From the IMG/VR virus record IMGVR_UViG_3300045988_114759: 64,000 nt of DNA; one strand, 5' to 3'. Source of the stretch: a virus. Numbering within the stretch: position 1 is the stretch's first letter; every line of letters begins with the position of its first letter. The position numbers and the translations under genes were made by a program. Positions 9,523-17,682 of this stretch are shown here, one piece after another. Under the pieces are notes generated by a model that did not search any database, had not been told where the DNA came from, and saw nothing but the letters and a program-made list of their open reading frames with translations.

Positions 9523-10470
9523 ATGGCTTTTAGAGAAAACAGAAATTTTGGTACAACTTATTATCTGTATATTAATTCAGATGGTAACTTGTATGAAAAA
9601 AGTAACGAACCAAAAGAAGGTTTTGTTCAGCACATAAATCCTAATAGCGGTCAGCCGGCGGGATATTGGAAAGAGTATTATAATGGAGTAGTTGGATACA
9701 TTAACTACATCGGGTTAAAGTTAAGCTCTTTCTCTAATGGAAATACTATTACTAATTTCCTTATCGTATTAAAAGATTACGAGCTTAATGAAAACTATTG
9801 TATTTCCATACCTCTCGTCAATCAAAAAGGAAATATCAAGGGCTTTGTTAAGAGCTTCGTAAAATACTACGAAAACATCGATTTCAGTCGTGAAATTTAT
9901 TTCAATGTCTTTAAGAAGAAGAAAGATGACGAGTTTGGACCTTCGGAGCTTATTATCGCATATGCCGGAGTAGACGGAGAAAAAGATCAGCTTGTTGAAC
10001 GTTTTTATAAAAAAGGCGTAAATGGTTGGCCTGACCCTGTTGAAGTTACAGGATTTGATGGCAAGAAAAGCCTCGATTATTCAGCTCAAAACAACTTTAC
10101 TTATCAGAAGATTACTGAATATTCAGACAGGTTCAATGCTTCTATTAAAGATATCAGAGCCGGTATAATGGCTAAATTAGGTTTAGGAGGAAATACTCAG
10201 CAAGAGCCTACAGCTCCTCAGACTTATACCCAGCAGCCAGCCGAGCCTCAACAGGTTCAACAACCTCAGTCTGTTCCGAGTGCTATTCCGTATCAAAATT
10301 ACCAACAGCCTGCTCAACAGCCAGCACAGTATCAGGCACCGGCTCAGCCTGCTGCACCTGCCCAGGCGCCTACTACAAGGAGCACCAAGCCTCAGCATCA
10401 GACGCAGCCACAGCCGCAAGCACAGATGCCGAACCTCCCTCCTATGGAAGAAGATGACCTTCCATTTTAA
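9523..10470 (+). CDS. single-stranded DNA-binding protein (SSB) with Q/P-rich linker and acidic DDLPF tail
   Basis: The C-terminus ...PPMEEDDLPF matches the conserved SSB tail (DDDIPF). It is preceded by a long Gln/Pro/Ala-rich low-complexity linker, as in bacterial SSBs. The N-terminal domain is divergent. Confidence 0.65.
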   Translation: MAFRENRNFGTTYYLYINSDGNLYEKSNEPKEGFVQHINPNSGQPAGYWKEYYNGVVGYINYIGLKLSSFSNGNTITNFLIVLKDYELNENYCISIPLVNQKGNIKGFVKSFVKYYENIDFSREIYFNVFKKKKDDEFGPSELIIAYAGVDGEKDQLVERFYKKGVNGWPDPVEVTGFDGKKSLDYSAQNNFTYQKITEYSDRFNASIKDIRAGIMAKLGLGGNTQQEPTAPQTYTQQPAEPQQVQQPQSVPSAIPYQNYQQPAQQPAQYQAPAQPAAPAQAPTTRSTKPQHQTQPQPQAQMPNLPPMEEDDLPF

Positions 10471-10480
10471 TATAAACATC

Positions 10481-10516
10481 AGCCCAGGAGAATAACATCT
10501 CTTGGGCTTTTAAAGA
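10481..10516 (+). terminator. putative intrinsic terminator after ssb
   Basis: Hairpin agcccagg...cttgggct followed by TTTT. Confidence 0.4.
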
Positions 10517-10755
10517 TTGTGTAGAATGATGGTAGAAATAGTTACAAGATTTCCCCTTATTAAACTTCGTAGGAAAGTGACAGAAGAAAGGATTATGGCG
10601 AAGCATGGGGATAAATTATGTATGATCTACTCAGAAACCAGAGAAAAATATAAGCAAGGAGATGAGTGGGTCGATGATCCTAATGATGCAGACATAAGTA
10701 CTTTTCGTGAGTGTTATGAATCAACGAAGGATATAAAAAAAGAAGGTATTGTTTA

Positions 10756-11427
10756 TTGTACTATAAAAATATAGATATGGATAAGTTAGAAGATATTGAA
10801 AGACTTCTTTCTGAAAAAGAAGATAATAAGAAGGATACTGTTTCTAAAAAGAACAACAAACGTAAAAAAGAAGATAAGGTCGTTAATAAAATACCTGAAT
10901 CGTATTTGACTCCAGGTTATCAGAAGACTGTGAAGGTAGGTATTAAGAAACTGTACCCTGATGTCGTTGCACCTGAATACAAACATGATGGTGATGCATG
11001 TTGTGATATTCGTGCATATAGAGTGGTGAAGATGGTGAATGACATGGGAGTGGAAATAGATGTTCCTTCCGATTTTGAATCAATTACCTTATATCAAGGT
11101 TATTCTGTTAGAATAGGAACAGGATTCAAGTTGAATATACCAGAAGGATGGTGCGTGAATGTAGAAGGAAGATCAGGATTCTCTTTTGACGAGGGAGTGG
11201 TAGTTACTAACGCGCCCGGTAAATGCGAATTTACTTACAAAGGAGAGTATATGGTTAATCTTACTAAAGTCAATAAAAAACCGACCGTAATCCATAAAAA
11301 CGATCGAATAGCTCAGATGGAAATCGTTCCACAATACAAAATGGTATTGGAAGAGGTGACAGATATTGAGGTAGAAGACGGAAATGAACGTGGAGAAAAA
11401 GGTCTTGGTAGTTCCGGAGTTAAGTAA
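10756..11427 (+). CDS. dUTPase (trimeric dUTP pyrophosphatase-like)
   Basis: All five dUTPase motif equivalents are present in order: GDACCDIR (M1), EGRSGFSF (M2, RSG), TYKGEYMVNL (M3-like), NDRIAQMEI (M4, R.AQ) and ERGEKGLGSSG (M5, RGxGGFGSTG-like). Confidence 0.65.
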   Translation: MYYKNIDMDKLEDIERLLSEKEDNKKDTVSKKNNKRKKEDKVVNKIPESYLTPGYQKTVKVGIKKLYPDVVAPEYKHDGDACCDIRAYRVVKMVNDMGVEIDVPSDFESITLYQGYSVRIGTGFKLNIPEGWCVNVEGRSGFSFDEGVVVTNAPGKCEFTYKGEYMVNLTKVNKKPTVIHKNDRIAQMEIVPQYKMVLEEVTDIEVEDGNERGEKGLGSSGVK

Positions 11428-11439
11428 TATTTAAATATT

Positions 11440-12162
11440 TTGAAAATGAGCATGTTAGGTTTTACATTCATCACAGACAGCAAGCTTTCAATGTACAAGG
11501 AGAAAGCTATTAAATCCGAAAATCTTGCAAAAGAAATTGAGGAAATACAGGATAAGGTAGATTTTTACAAGGAAAGGCTTTCCGAACTTAAGTCAAATAT
11601 CGCTTCAAAGGATAAAGAGATTTTATCTATTGGCAAAGATCTTTCTACGTCTAAGGAAAAAATTGACTCCTTGAAGGAAAATCAGAAAAAACTGATAAAA
11701 AGCGTCAAGAAGAAAACGGAAGAATTTGACGCTATCAATGCTGATCTTGACAAAGCCAAATCTGATCTTGATGAGGCTAATTACAAAATCAGAAACTTGG
11801 AAGAAAAGAGAAACAGTATCTCATCTGACTTAAAAAAGAAATCAAATGAATTGATTGAGGCCAGGATCAGAATCGGAGATTTGGAAAATGAGGTTTCGAT
11901 TGGAGCTAAAACAATACAGGAGTTGGAATCGAAACTGAAATTAATGCAAGTAGAATTAAGAGGATACCAAATAGGTATAATCGGTAAAGACAAAAATGAT
12001 GTCGCTGAGCCGGAATTGAATAAAGATGGGGAGACAGATAAAGATGTGGCTGAGCCGGAGAAGACTGATGAAAATAATGAATTTAAGTCTGATGTTATTC
12101 CTGAGACGGATGTAGTTCAGGAAGAGGCCGGTGATATAGTGGAGTCAGAAAAACGAAGCTGA
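11440..12162 (+). CDS. coiled-coil protein
   Basis: 240 aa with strongly heptad-like K/E/L-rich sequence (KLKLMQVELR, SELKSNIASKDKEIL). No enzymatic motif. Confidence 0.45.
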   Translation: MKMSMLGFTFITDSKLSMYKEKAIKSENLAKEIEEIQDKVDFYKERLSELKSNIASKDKEILSIGKDLSTSKEKIDSLKENQKKLIKSVKKKTEEFDAINADLDKAKSDLDEANYKIRNLEEKRNSISSDLKKKSNELIEARIRIGDLENEVSIGAKTIQELESKLKLMQVELRGYQIGIIGKDKNDVAEPELNKDGETDKDVAEPEKTDENNEFKSDVIPETDVVQEEAGDIVESEKRS

Positions 12163-12310
12163 AAAAGTAAAAGACACTAAAAAGAAGAAGAAAAAGAAGT
12201 AGGTATTTTAATCCTTTTTATATTTTAAGGTTTGCCATATTTTAGGTTAGTACTTAACTTTGCGTTGAGAGAGAGTTTTTTAATAAAGTGAGTATCTAAA
12301 ATTAAGTCCT

Positions 12311-12336
12311 ATGAGTAGGTATCTGAAAAGATACCT
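12311..12336. promoter_or_regulatory. perfect 11-bp-arm palindrome (agtaggtatct gaaa agatacctact) upstream of the HNH gene
   Basis: Seen directly in the sequence. Located 25 nt before the 12362 start codon. Could be an operator or terminator. Confidence 0.4.
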
Positions 12337-12361
12337 ACTTGTTCTATAATTAATCAATAAA

Positions 12362-12868
12362 ATGAGTAGATTAGTAGAAATTAAAGGATATGATGGAGAT
12401 TATTTTATTTCTGATTGCGGAGATGTTTTTTCTTTTAAATCAGGAAAGAGTAAGATCTTAAAGAAAAGGATAAATCAAGGAGGATACTATTATGTTAATT
12501 TATATAAAAATGGAAAGTATAAATCATTTTGTATTCATAGATTGGTCGGTATTTACTTTGTTGATAAATATGATGAAAATTTAAATGTTTTAAATCATAT
12601 AGATGGAAACAAATTAAATAATAACTATGATAATCTTGAATGGTGTACACTTTCTTATAATACTAAGGAAGCCATAAGATTGGGGCTGTTTAAAATAAGA
12701 AAGGGTGAAGAGTCAAATTTATATAGTGGAAAGATAAATAATGATGTGGCTAAAACGATAAGGGATATGAGAAATAATCGCAATATGTCTTATGGAGAAA
12801 TAGCCGATATTTTTGATTTATCACGCGCTACCATAATTAATATTTGTAAAAATAGGATTTATACATAA
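12362..12868 (+). CDS. HNH homing endonuclease (free-standing)
   Basis: The HRLV...NHIDGNKLNN.YDNLEW.TLSYN pattern (HNH with conserved His/Asn) fits. The C-terminal helix-turn-helix-like tail and the position next to the tRNA cluster are typical of phage HNH endonucleases. Confidence 0.7.
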   Translation: MSRLVEIKGYDGDYFISDCGDVFSFKSGKSKILKKRINQGGYYYVNLYKNGKYKSFCIHRLVGIYFVDKYDENLNVLNHIDGNKLNNNYDNLEWCTLSYNTKEAIRLGLFKIRKGEESNLYSGKINNDVAKTIRDMRNNRNMSYGEIADIFDLSRATIINICKNRIYT

Positions 12869-12875
12869 ATTTTAT

Positions 12876-12955
12876 CCGGTAGTATCCCCTCAAGCTTATA
12901 CCTTGTAGAAAGGGTAGTTGGTTACACGTGGGTTCAAATCCCTCCTACCGGACCA
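12876..12955 (+). tRNA. tRNA-like gene with encoded CCA; anticodon unresolved
   Basis: Acceptor stem ccggtag/ctaccgg. T-arm gtggg-TTCAAAT-ccctc. Discriminator A plus CCA. 45 nt lie between acceptor and T-arm, 4 more than a class I tRNA. The D-arm region lacks the usual GG and no clean anticodon stem was found. Confidence 0.45.
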
Positions 12956-12956
12956 C

Positions 12957-13027
12957 TGTCCAATGGTGTAGTGGTAGCACAACAGATTTTGGTTCTGTTA
13001 GCGGAGGTTCGAATCCTCCTTGGATAA
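12957..13027 (+). tRNA. tRNA-Gln (anticodon TTG)
   Basis: Acceptor tgtccaa/ttggata, with the U1-A72 pair typical of bacterial tRNA-Gln. Anticodon stem acaga/tctgt with loop ttTTGgt. T-arm ggagg-TTCGAAT-cctcc. Confidence 0.7.
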
Positions 13028-13097
13028 CAATAAGTTTTTGTGTAAAGTGTTAATTATCTCAGTGTTTGCGGTGTGCGAACATAGCAAACATGAATCT

Positions 13098-13169
13098 GGC
13101 CCATTAGTTTAACGGATAAAACCTTTGAGTCCTAATCAAAAGTTGCCTGTTCGATTCAGGCATGGGCTA
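13098..13169 (+). tRNA. tRNA-Arg (anticodon CCT)
   Basis: Acceptor ggcccat/atgggct. D-arm gttt-aacggat-aaac. Anticodon stem tttga/tcaaa with loop gtCCTaa. Variable loop agtt. T-arm gcctg-TTCGATT-caggc. Confidence 0.75.
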
Positions 13170-13172
13170 CAT

Positions 13173-13244
13173 GGCTTGTTGGATGAGTGGTTTAGTCAGG
13201 GGTCCGCAAAACCTCGTATGGCGGTTCGATTCCGCTACAAGCCT
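13173..13244 (+). tRNA. tRNA with GCA anticodon (Cys-like) and unusual C at position 33
   Basis: Acceptor ggcttgt/acaagcc. D-loop contains GG. Anticodon stem ggggt/acctc with loop ccGCAaa. Variable loop gtat. T-arm ggcgg-TTCGATT-ccgct. C33 in place of the near-universal U33 makes the identity uncertain. Confidence 0.55.
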
Positions 13245-13261
13245 CTAAAAAAAGTAAGACA

Positions 13262-13702
13262 ATGAACTACCCAGAGCAACAAATGCTTAAGATCCTTAAT
13301 AGGGATCTGTTAAGTAATCCGATGTATGTTATTAACAATCTTCATATATATGATTGGGAATCTGACTTCCTGGCCATAACAAGATCATTGTACGCTTATG
13401 AAGTAGAGGTTAAGATGTCTAAACAAGATTTCTTTAACGACTTCAAAAAGGATAAAAAACATAAGGTTCTTAAAGACGGCATTATTAAGGTAGGTGGTGT
13501 CATAAGCTATCCTCCAAACTATTTCTACTACGCCTGTCCTCCTAATATGATTGACGTAAGTGAAGTTCCGTCTTATGCCGGGCTGATTTATGTCGATGTT
13601 AGTAAAAATAGGAAGAACGTCGTTAAAGTAGCACCTTTAATTCATAGACAGAAGTTTGATGTAGTGGGTAGGAAACTGGTGGATAAGTTTTACGATCTTT
13701 AA
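13262..13702 (+). CDS. hypothetical protein
   Basis: 146-aa ORF immediately after the tRNA cluster. Confidence 0.45.
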   Translation: MNYPEQQMLKILNRDLLSNPMYVINNLHIYDWESDFLAITRSLYAYEVEVKMSKQDFFNDFKKDKKHKVLKDGIIKVGGVISYPPNYFYYACPPNMIDVSEVPSYAGLIYVDVSKNRKNVVKVAPLIHRQKFDVVGRKLVDKFYDL

Positions 13703-13782
13703 CAAAACCCCTGCTTTTAAGCAGGGGATCAATGATTCTTTTATTCATATATGTATTTTTTAATAATTGATTCTGATACCGG

Positions 13783-14115
13783 TTGCAGAAATGCAGGGGT
13801 TCCATACGTTTGTATCCAAGAATCCCATTTGCTTTAGCGATGGGAGTATGTCAATACAATATGCTCACTTGGAAGAAAAGAGCTATTTCAAACGTGTATG
13901 CTGACCCAGCCAAGGAGAGAGAGAAAGGCGTGCGTGCCGGGGCTGAGGCTGTGAGGAAGTCGGCCTGGGATGCGTTCAGGGCGCAGTGCCCGCACATTGC
14001 TTTCCCCTATGGAAATGAATTTCCGATGTGTGACGATCACGAACAAGATCATCCCATGAGAGACTGCATTCTTCAGTGTGAAAAAGGTAGAATATTTAAA
14101 AACAAATTAAAATGA
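13783..14115 (+). CDS. hypothetical Cys/His-rich protein; the 5' end lies inside a dispersed repeat
   Basis: 110 aa. The first ~25 codons fall within the ~60-bp repeat also present, inverted, at 23.8 kb. The C-terminus is Cys/His-rich (CPHIAF...CDDHEQDHPMRDCILQC). Confidence 0.35.
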   Translation: MQKCRGSIRLYPRIPFALAMGVCQYNMLTWKKRAISNVYADPAKEREKGVRAGAEAVRKSAWDAFRAQCPHIAFPYGNEFPMCDDHEQDHPMRDCILQCEKGRIFKNKLK

Positions 14116-14381
14116 GCACCCCACGTGAATTAAGCAGGATAGCTAATAGGATAGCCGGTAAGATGACTGATGATGGATGGGTCAGCCCCGGTAGGAAGAA
14201 TCTTGTCTCCGATAAGAAGGTTATGGAATTAATAGATTTGATCTTTAATGAAATATGGAGGGAATTAGATGACGGGAAAAGAGTCCATATCAGAAAACAG
14301 ATGATTTTAAAAAAGATTTTTGTCAGTAGGCAAAAAGATAAATACTACATACAATGCATAGAAAAAAGGGACGCCAAATAG
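14112..14381 (+). CDS. hypothetical protein
   Basis: 89 aa with an ATGA overlap to the upstream ORF. Confidence 0.4.
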   Translation: MSTPRELSRIANRIAGKMTDDGWVSPGRKNLVSDKKVMELIDLIFNEIWRELDDGKRVHIRKQMILKKIFVSRQKDKYYIQCIEKRDAK

Positions 14382-14398
14382 ACGCCCCTTTTCTTTTT
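14366..14398. terminator. bidirectional hairpin terminator at a convergent gene junction
   Basis: The aaaaggg...ccctttt stem sits between the + gene ending at 14381 and the - gene ending at 14412. It is followed by a T-run on the + strand and an A-run on the - strand. Confidence 0.5.
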
Positions 14399-14411
14399 CT
14401 GTAAGTAATTG

Positions 14412-15068
14412 TTATTTCATTACTTTCCTTACCAACTTAGAAACAGCTTGCGTGATAGTCCACCTTATGTTAGCACTAACATTGATAGTCTGAGAAGTAC
14501 CGTTTGCATCCAAGTTAATTACCTCCTTGTCTAATTTCAAGAACGGATCACCTGCTGTCTGGGTAATAACCGTATTAGCTGTCTGACCACCAGCGGTCGT
14601 CACCTCAAGAGTATTTACCAGATCGTTTGTATTAGTGTTCGCTGCAATACCGGAGAATACGATACTGAAAGCAAAGCCCTCTGTTGCACCAGGGTCGTTG
14701 GCAATAGCAGCGCCGTTGCTGGTATCCTTGCCTGCCGCCCGATAACTGGCAGGCATTTTCAGCGTCAGAGGATGAGTCTTGTCCGGAGTTGAGGAGAACG
14801 TTAATTTAGTTGAGTTACTTGTACCGTTGATCGTTACAGTACCACCTTCTTTTCCTACGGATACAGTAGAATCTATTTTTACAAACTCAGCTGCCGCAGC
14901 TTGGTTTATGGTAACACTTTTCTTAACTCCCCCAGATTCGGCGCCAAATTCTACTTGTTGCGTGCGTCGTGTACGACCTTCGTATTTTTCACCTGATACG
15001 GTAACCGCCTGATTACCATCACCTGATCCCGGATTGAAGGTTACAAAACCTATTTTCAATTCTGCCAT
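14412..15068 (-). CDS. structural protein with bacterial Ig-like (BIG2-type) domain
   Basis: 218 aa, Thr/Gly/Ser-rich. The C-terminal segment LKLDKEVINLDANGTSQTINVSANIRWTIT resembles BIG2 domains found in capsid-decoration and major tail proteins. Confidence 0.5.
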   Translation of the reverse strand: MAELKIGFVTFNPGSGDGNQAVTVSGEKYEGRTRRTQQVEFGAESGGVKKSVTINQAAAAEFVKIDSTVSVGKEGGTVTINGTSNSTKLTFSSTPDKTHPLTLKMPASYRAAGKDTSNGAAIANDPGATEGFAFSIVFSGIAANTNTNDLVNTLEVTTAGGQTANTVITQTAGDPFLKLDKEVINLDANGTSQTINVSANIRWTITQAVSKLVRKVMK

Positions 15069-15311
15069 AACATAAATAATTTTGTAGTTAATTAATATCT
15101 TGACAAAGATAGATTTATTATACGAAAATCATATTATTCATGTTTATAAATTAAAAGTTATCTTTATCCCAAAATAAGACAATCATGAGAAGAAGATTTT
15201 TTAACAAAATAGGGGGGCGGTCTCCCTACTGATAATTTTATAGTTTTTGATAAATCTGTATCAGATCCTGCTAATATAACAATAAGCGAAGACTTCGATT
15301 TTTTATATAGG

Positions 15312-16298
15312 TTGATTACCAGTGGCTTCTATAGAGTTCTTTGCAAGAGCGCTATGGGAGGAGGAGAGGTTTTTGTATGTAGGTTGAAGGAAGACAACAG
15401 CAATTTGTATCTTGATGGCAGTCCGGCTGTTCTTACCGGAGAAGAAGGTGATGTGATGGTCGTTTTCTTAGAATTTTGGTATAAGTGGTATAAGGTGGAT
15501 GATAATAGATTTCTTTATCATTTTGCTGATCATGATATCGACGGTACTTACATTCATGTCCCGCAATCTCTTGTTGGAGCATATAAAGGATATGTGTCTT
15601 CAAATAGACTATATAGCTGGAGTGATGTTACTCCTACGACGAACGTATCATTATCTGATTTCAGAAGTTACGCAAAAGCACGTGGTACCGGTTTCCAGGT
15701 GATAGATTTTCAACAACATTGTGTGATTGCTATGATGTTGTATGCTAAGTACAAAACACGTAACCTGCAAGGCGTATTAGGACCCGGTGGCGCAACCGGT
15801 GGTGCGGCTACAACAACGGGAAGCAGCAACGCAACCGGTGGTGCGGATACCGAAAACGAAAGTTCAAAGTATGTTTGCGGCTTAGGACTTGAAGGTGTAT
15901 TTGGCGGTATCTGTGAATGGGTTGAAGGTGTAGAAATAAACAACCGAGTTTGGAAAATCACCGACCCGGACGGTTCGACTCGCAATGTGAACGCCGAGAC
16001 TTTCAGCGGTTGGATAATAAATATAGCAGCCGAAAATGGTCCGTTTTTTGATGTGGTGCCGACACAAGTTGGCGGTAGCGATTCCACGCATTATTCAGAT
16101 TACTATAGTCGGACATCAGACAGCTCCCTTGTTTTGGCGCGCTCCGGTTACCGCTCGTGTCCGACTGGCGGCGTGGCGTATACGGATGCGGCTTACGATG
16201 CGTCGGACATGGATTCGAGCTACGGTTCTCGTCTTGCTTTCCACGGAACCATATCCGAATTGGCTCCAAGGCAATTCAAAAGATTACCCGTATTATAA
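15312..16298 (+). CDS. glycine-rich putative virion/tail-fibre-like protein
   Basis: 328 aa with a G/T/A-rich stretch (GPGGATGGAATTTGSSNATGG), then a Ser/Tyr/Asp-rich C-terminus. No enzyme motif. Confidence 0.45.
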   Translation: MITSGFYRVLCKSAMGGGEVFVCRLKEDNSNLYLDGSPAVLTGEEGDVMVVFLEFWYKWYKVDDNRFLYHFADHDIDGTYIHVPQSLVGAYKGYVSSNRLYSWSDVTPTTNVSLSDFRSYAKARGTGFQVIDFQQHCVIAMMLYAKYKTRNLQGVLGPGGATGGAATTTGSSNATGGADTENESSKYVCGLGLEGVFGGICEWVEGVEINNRVWKITDPDGSTRNVNAETFSGWIINIAAENGPFFDVVPTQVGGSDSTHYSDYYSRTSDSSLVLARSGYRSCPTGGVAYTDAAYDASDMDSSYGSRLAFHGTISELAPRQFKRLPVL

Positions 16299-16378
16299 TA
16301 TCATATTTTAATTGTTTTTTAAATTGTATTGTTAATATTATTACGTATATTTGCGATACAATTTAAAAACATTATATC

Positions 16379-16801
16379 ATGAAGATAAACTTTTTAAGCA
16401 GTAAGGTTTATGTAGGTTCTAAGACAAAAGAAGCTAAAATCAGAAAGCTTTCTATTAGCAAAGATCGGATTATGACCATATCGGTAGATAACCTGAAATG
16501 GATGGGTATCGAAGATGCGGTTCTGATTGGTATGGAAGAAGGAGCTGAGTTTAAAGGGGTGTTGGATTCTAATTTGTATATAGCTCCTTCTAAGGTAGAA
16601 GACGAGAGATCGTTTTTATTAAATAAACAAGGTGAGAAATATAGACGTATTTACCTCCGTGATGTACTGTCTTCGCTGGGTTGGGATATCGGTGATAATA
16701 AGTATGCGGTTTATGATATTGTGAAGATTAAGGACGAAGATGGTGTGTTCTGCCTGGTTCCGAGAGAGATTAAGAAAAGCAAGTTTGAAAAAGGAGAATG
16801 A
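16379..16801 (+). CDS. hypothetical protein
   Basis: 140-aa ORF. Confidence 0.45.
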   Translation: MKINFLSSKVYVGSKTKEAKIRKLSISKDRIMTISVDNLKWMGIEDAVLIGMEEGAEFKGVLDSNLYIAPSKVEDERSFLLNKQGEKYRRIYLRDVLSSLGWDIGDNKYAVYDIVKIKDEDGVFCLVPREIKKSKFEKGE

Positions 16802-16802
16802 T

Positions 16803-17360
16803 ATGGTACAAGATATTGATATAAAATCCAAACGAATATTATTGTTTGATTTTGATGGAACGCTTATAGAAACCGCTTCTGGGAATACGTTCGCTACAGA
16901 CTTGACAGATATGAGGATTAAGATGGATGTGGTGAATAAGGCTCTTGACCTCATGTAGGAGAACGGTGTTAAGGTATTTGCTATCGTAAGCAATCAAGGA
17001 GGAGTAGAAGCTGGGTTTGTTTCTGGAGCTGATATTGAAGCTAAGATAGAATACGTACTGAGGTGCGTACATGATCTGGCGGTAAAGAGAGGCATAAGAG
17101 GCGTCTTGTATGAAAAAAGGTTGTGTTATTCAAATGACGAACAAAATCCGATGAGGAAGCCTAACACGGGCATGATTGATGATATTCTTATGAAGTGTAA
17201 AGACACGGTAATGCGCGGTATGAACTTCAGTCAACTTAAGGGATGTTCGTTGATGGTCGGGGACGCCAGTGGTCTGCCAGGTCAGTTCTCTGATTCGGAT
17301 AAGGTATGTGCTTATAATGCTGGTATTGACTATATGGATAATTACTACGTTTTTGGATAA
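16803..17360 (+). pseudogene. HAD-superfamily phosphatase interrupted by a single in-frame TAG at 16956-16958
   Basis: Motif I LFDFDGTL (DxDGT). After the TAG, the same frame continues with motif II IVSNQGG, motif III RKPNTGMI and motif IV MVGDASGL. The order and spacing resemble GmhB/PNK-type 3'-phosphatases. The ORF table splits this frame into 16740-16958 and 17106-17360. Confidence 0.6.
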
Positions 17361-17682
17361 AGATCTTGATTTAGAATATGTATTGTCCAAAGAACATACA
17401 AGTGAAGGAATAGTTATTTTAAATAATGGCTATATATATATCCTTGAAAATCCATATGGTGTTGGTCTTAATATAAAAATCACTTTAAAAGATTTTTATA
17501 AGATTGAAACCGATGATGGAAAAAATGCAACCGTAGATGATGTGCTGAATATAAGGATTGATAAAGATCGGAATTTCAATTCATATAGTGATGTTGTAAA
17601 GATAGAGGTATTAGAAGACGGTAGTATCAAATATATAAGTTTGTATCATGAAAGTAAAGAAAGCAGCGATAGTTTATCATAA
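17269..17682 (+). CDS. hypothetical protein (start uncertain)
   Basis: ORF in another frame overlapping the 3' end of the HAD gene. There is no internal Met after residue 17, and a TTG start near 17353 is possible. Confidence 0.3.
   Translation: MVCQVSSLIRIRYVLIMLVLTIWIITTFLDKDLDLEYVLSKEHTSEGIVILNNGYIYILENPYGVGLNIKITLKDFYKIETDDGKNATVDDVLNIRIDKDRNFNSYSDVVKIEVLEDGSIKYISLYHESKESSDSLS

Noticed and set aside
10183-10495. Overlapping ORFs 10183-10479 (-) and 10280-10495 (+), rich in R/L/S
   Set aside because: They lie within the low-complexity Q/P/A linker of the SSB gene and are alternative-frame artefacts of the biased sequence.
13028-13097. Possible fifth tRNA between tRNA-Gln and tRNA-Arg
   Set aside because: No T-arm (GTTCGANTC) or acceptor complementarity was found in this 70-nt spacer.
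15710-16311. Several 60-125-aa ORFs on both strands inside 15312-16298
   Set aside because: They are nested within the longer glycine-rich ORF. The GC-rich G/T/A codon repeats generate open frames spuriously.
16956-16958. Selenocysteine or programmed frameshift at the HAD gene interruption
   Set aside because: The codon is TAG, not TGA, and the frame is unchanged before and after. Only a stop suppression, a sequencing error or a pseudogene fits.
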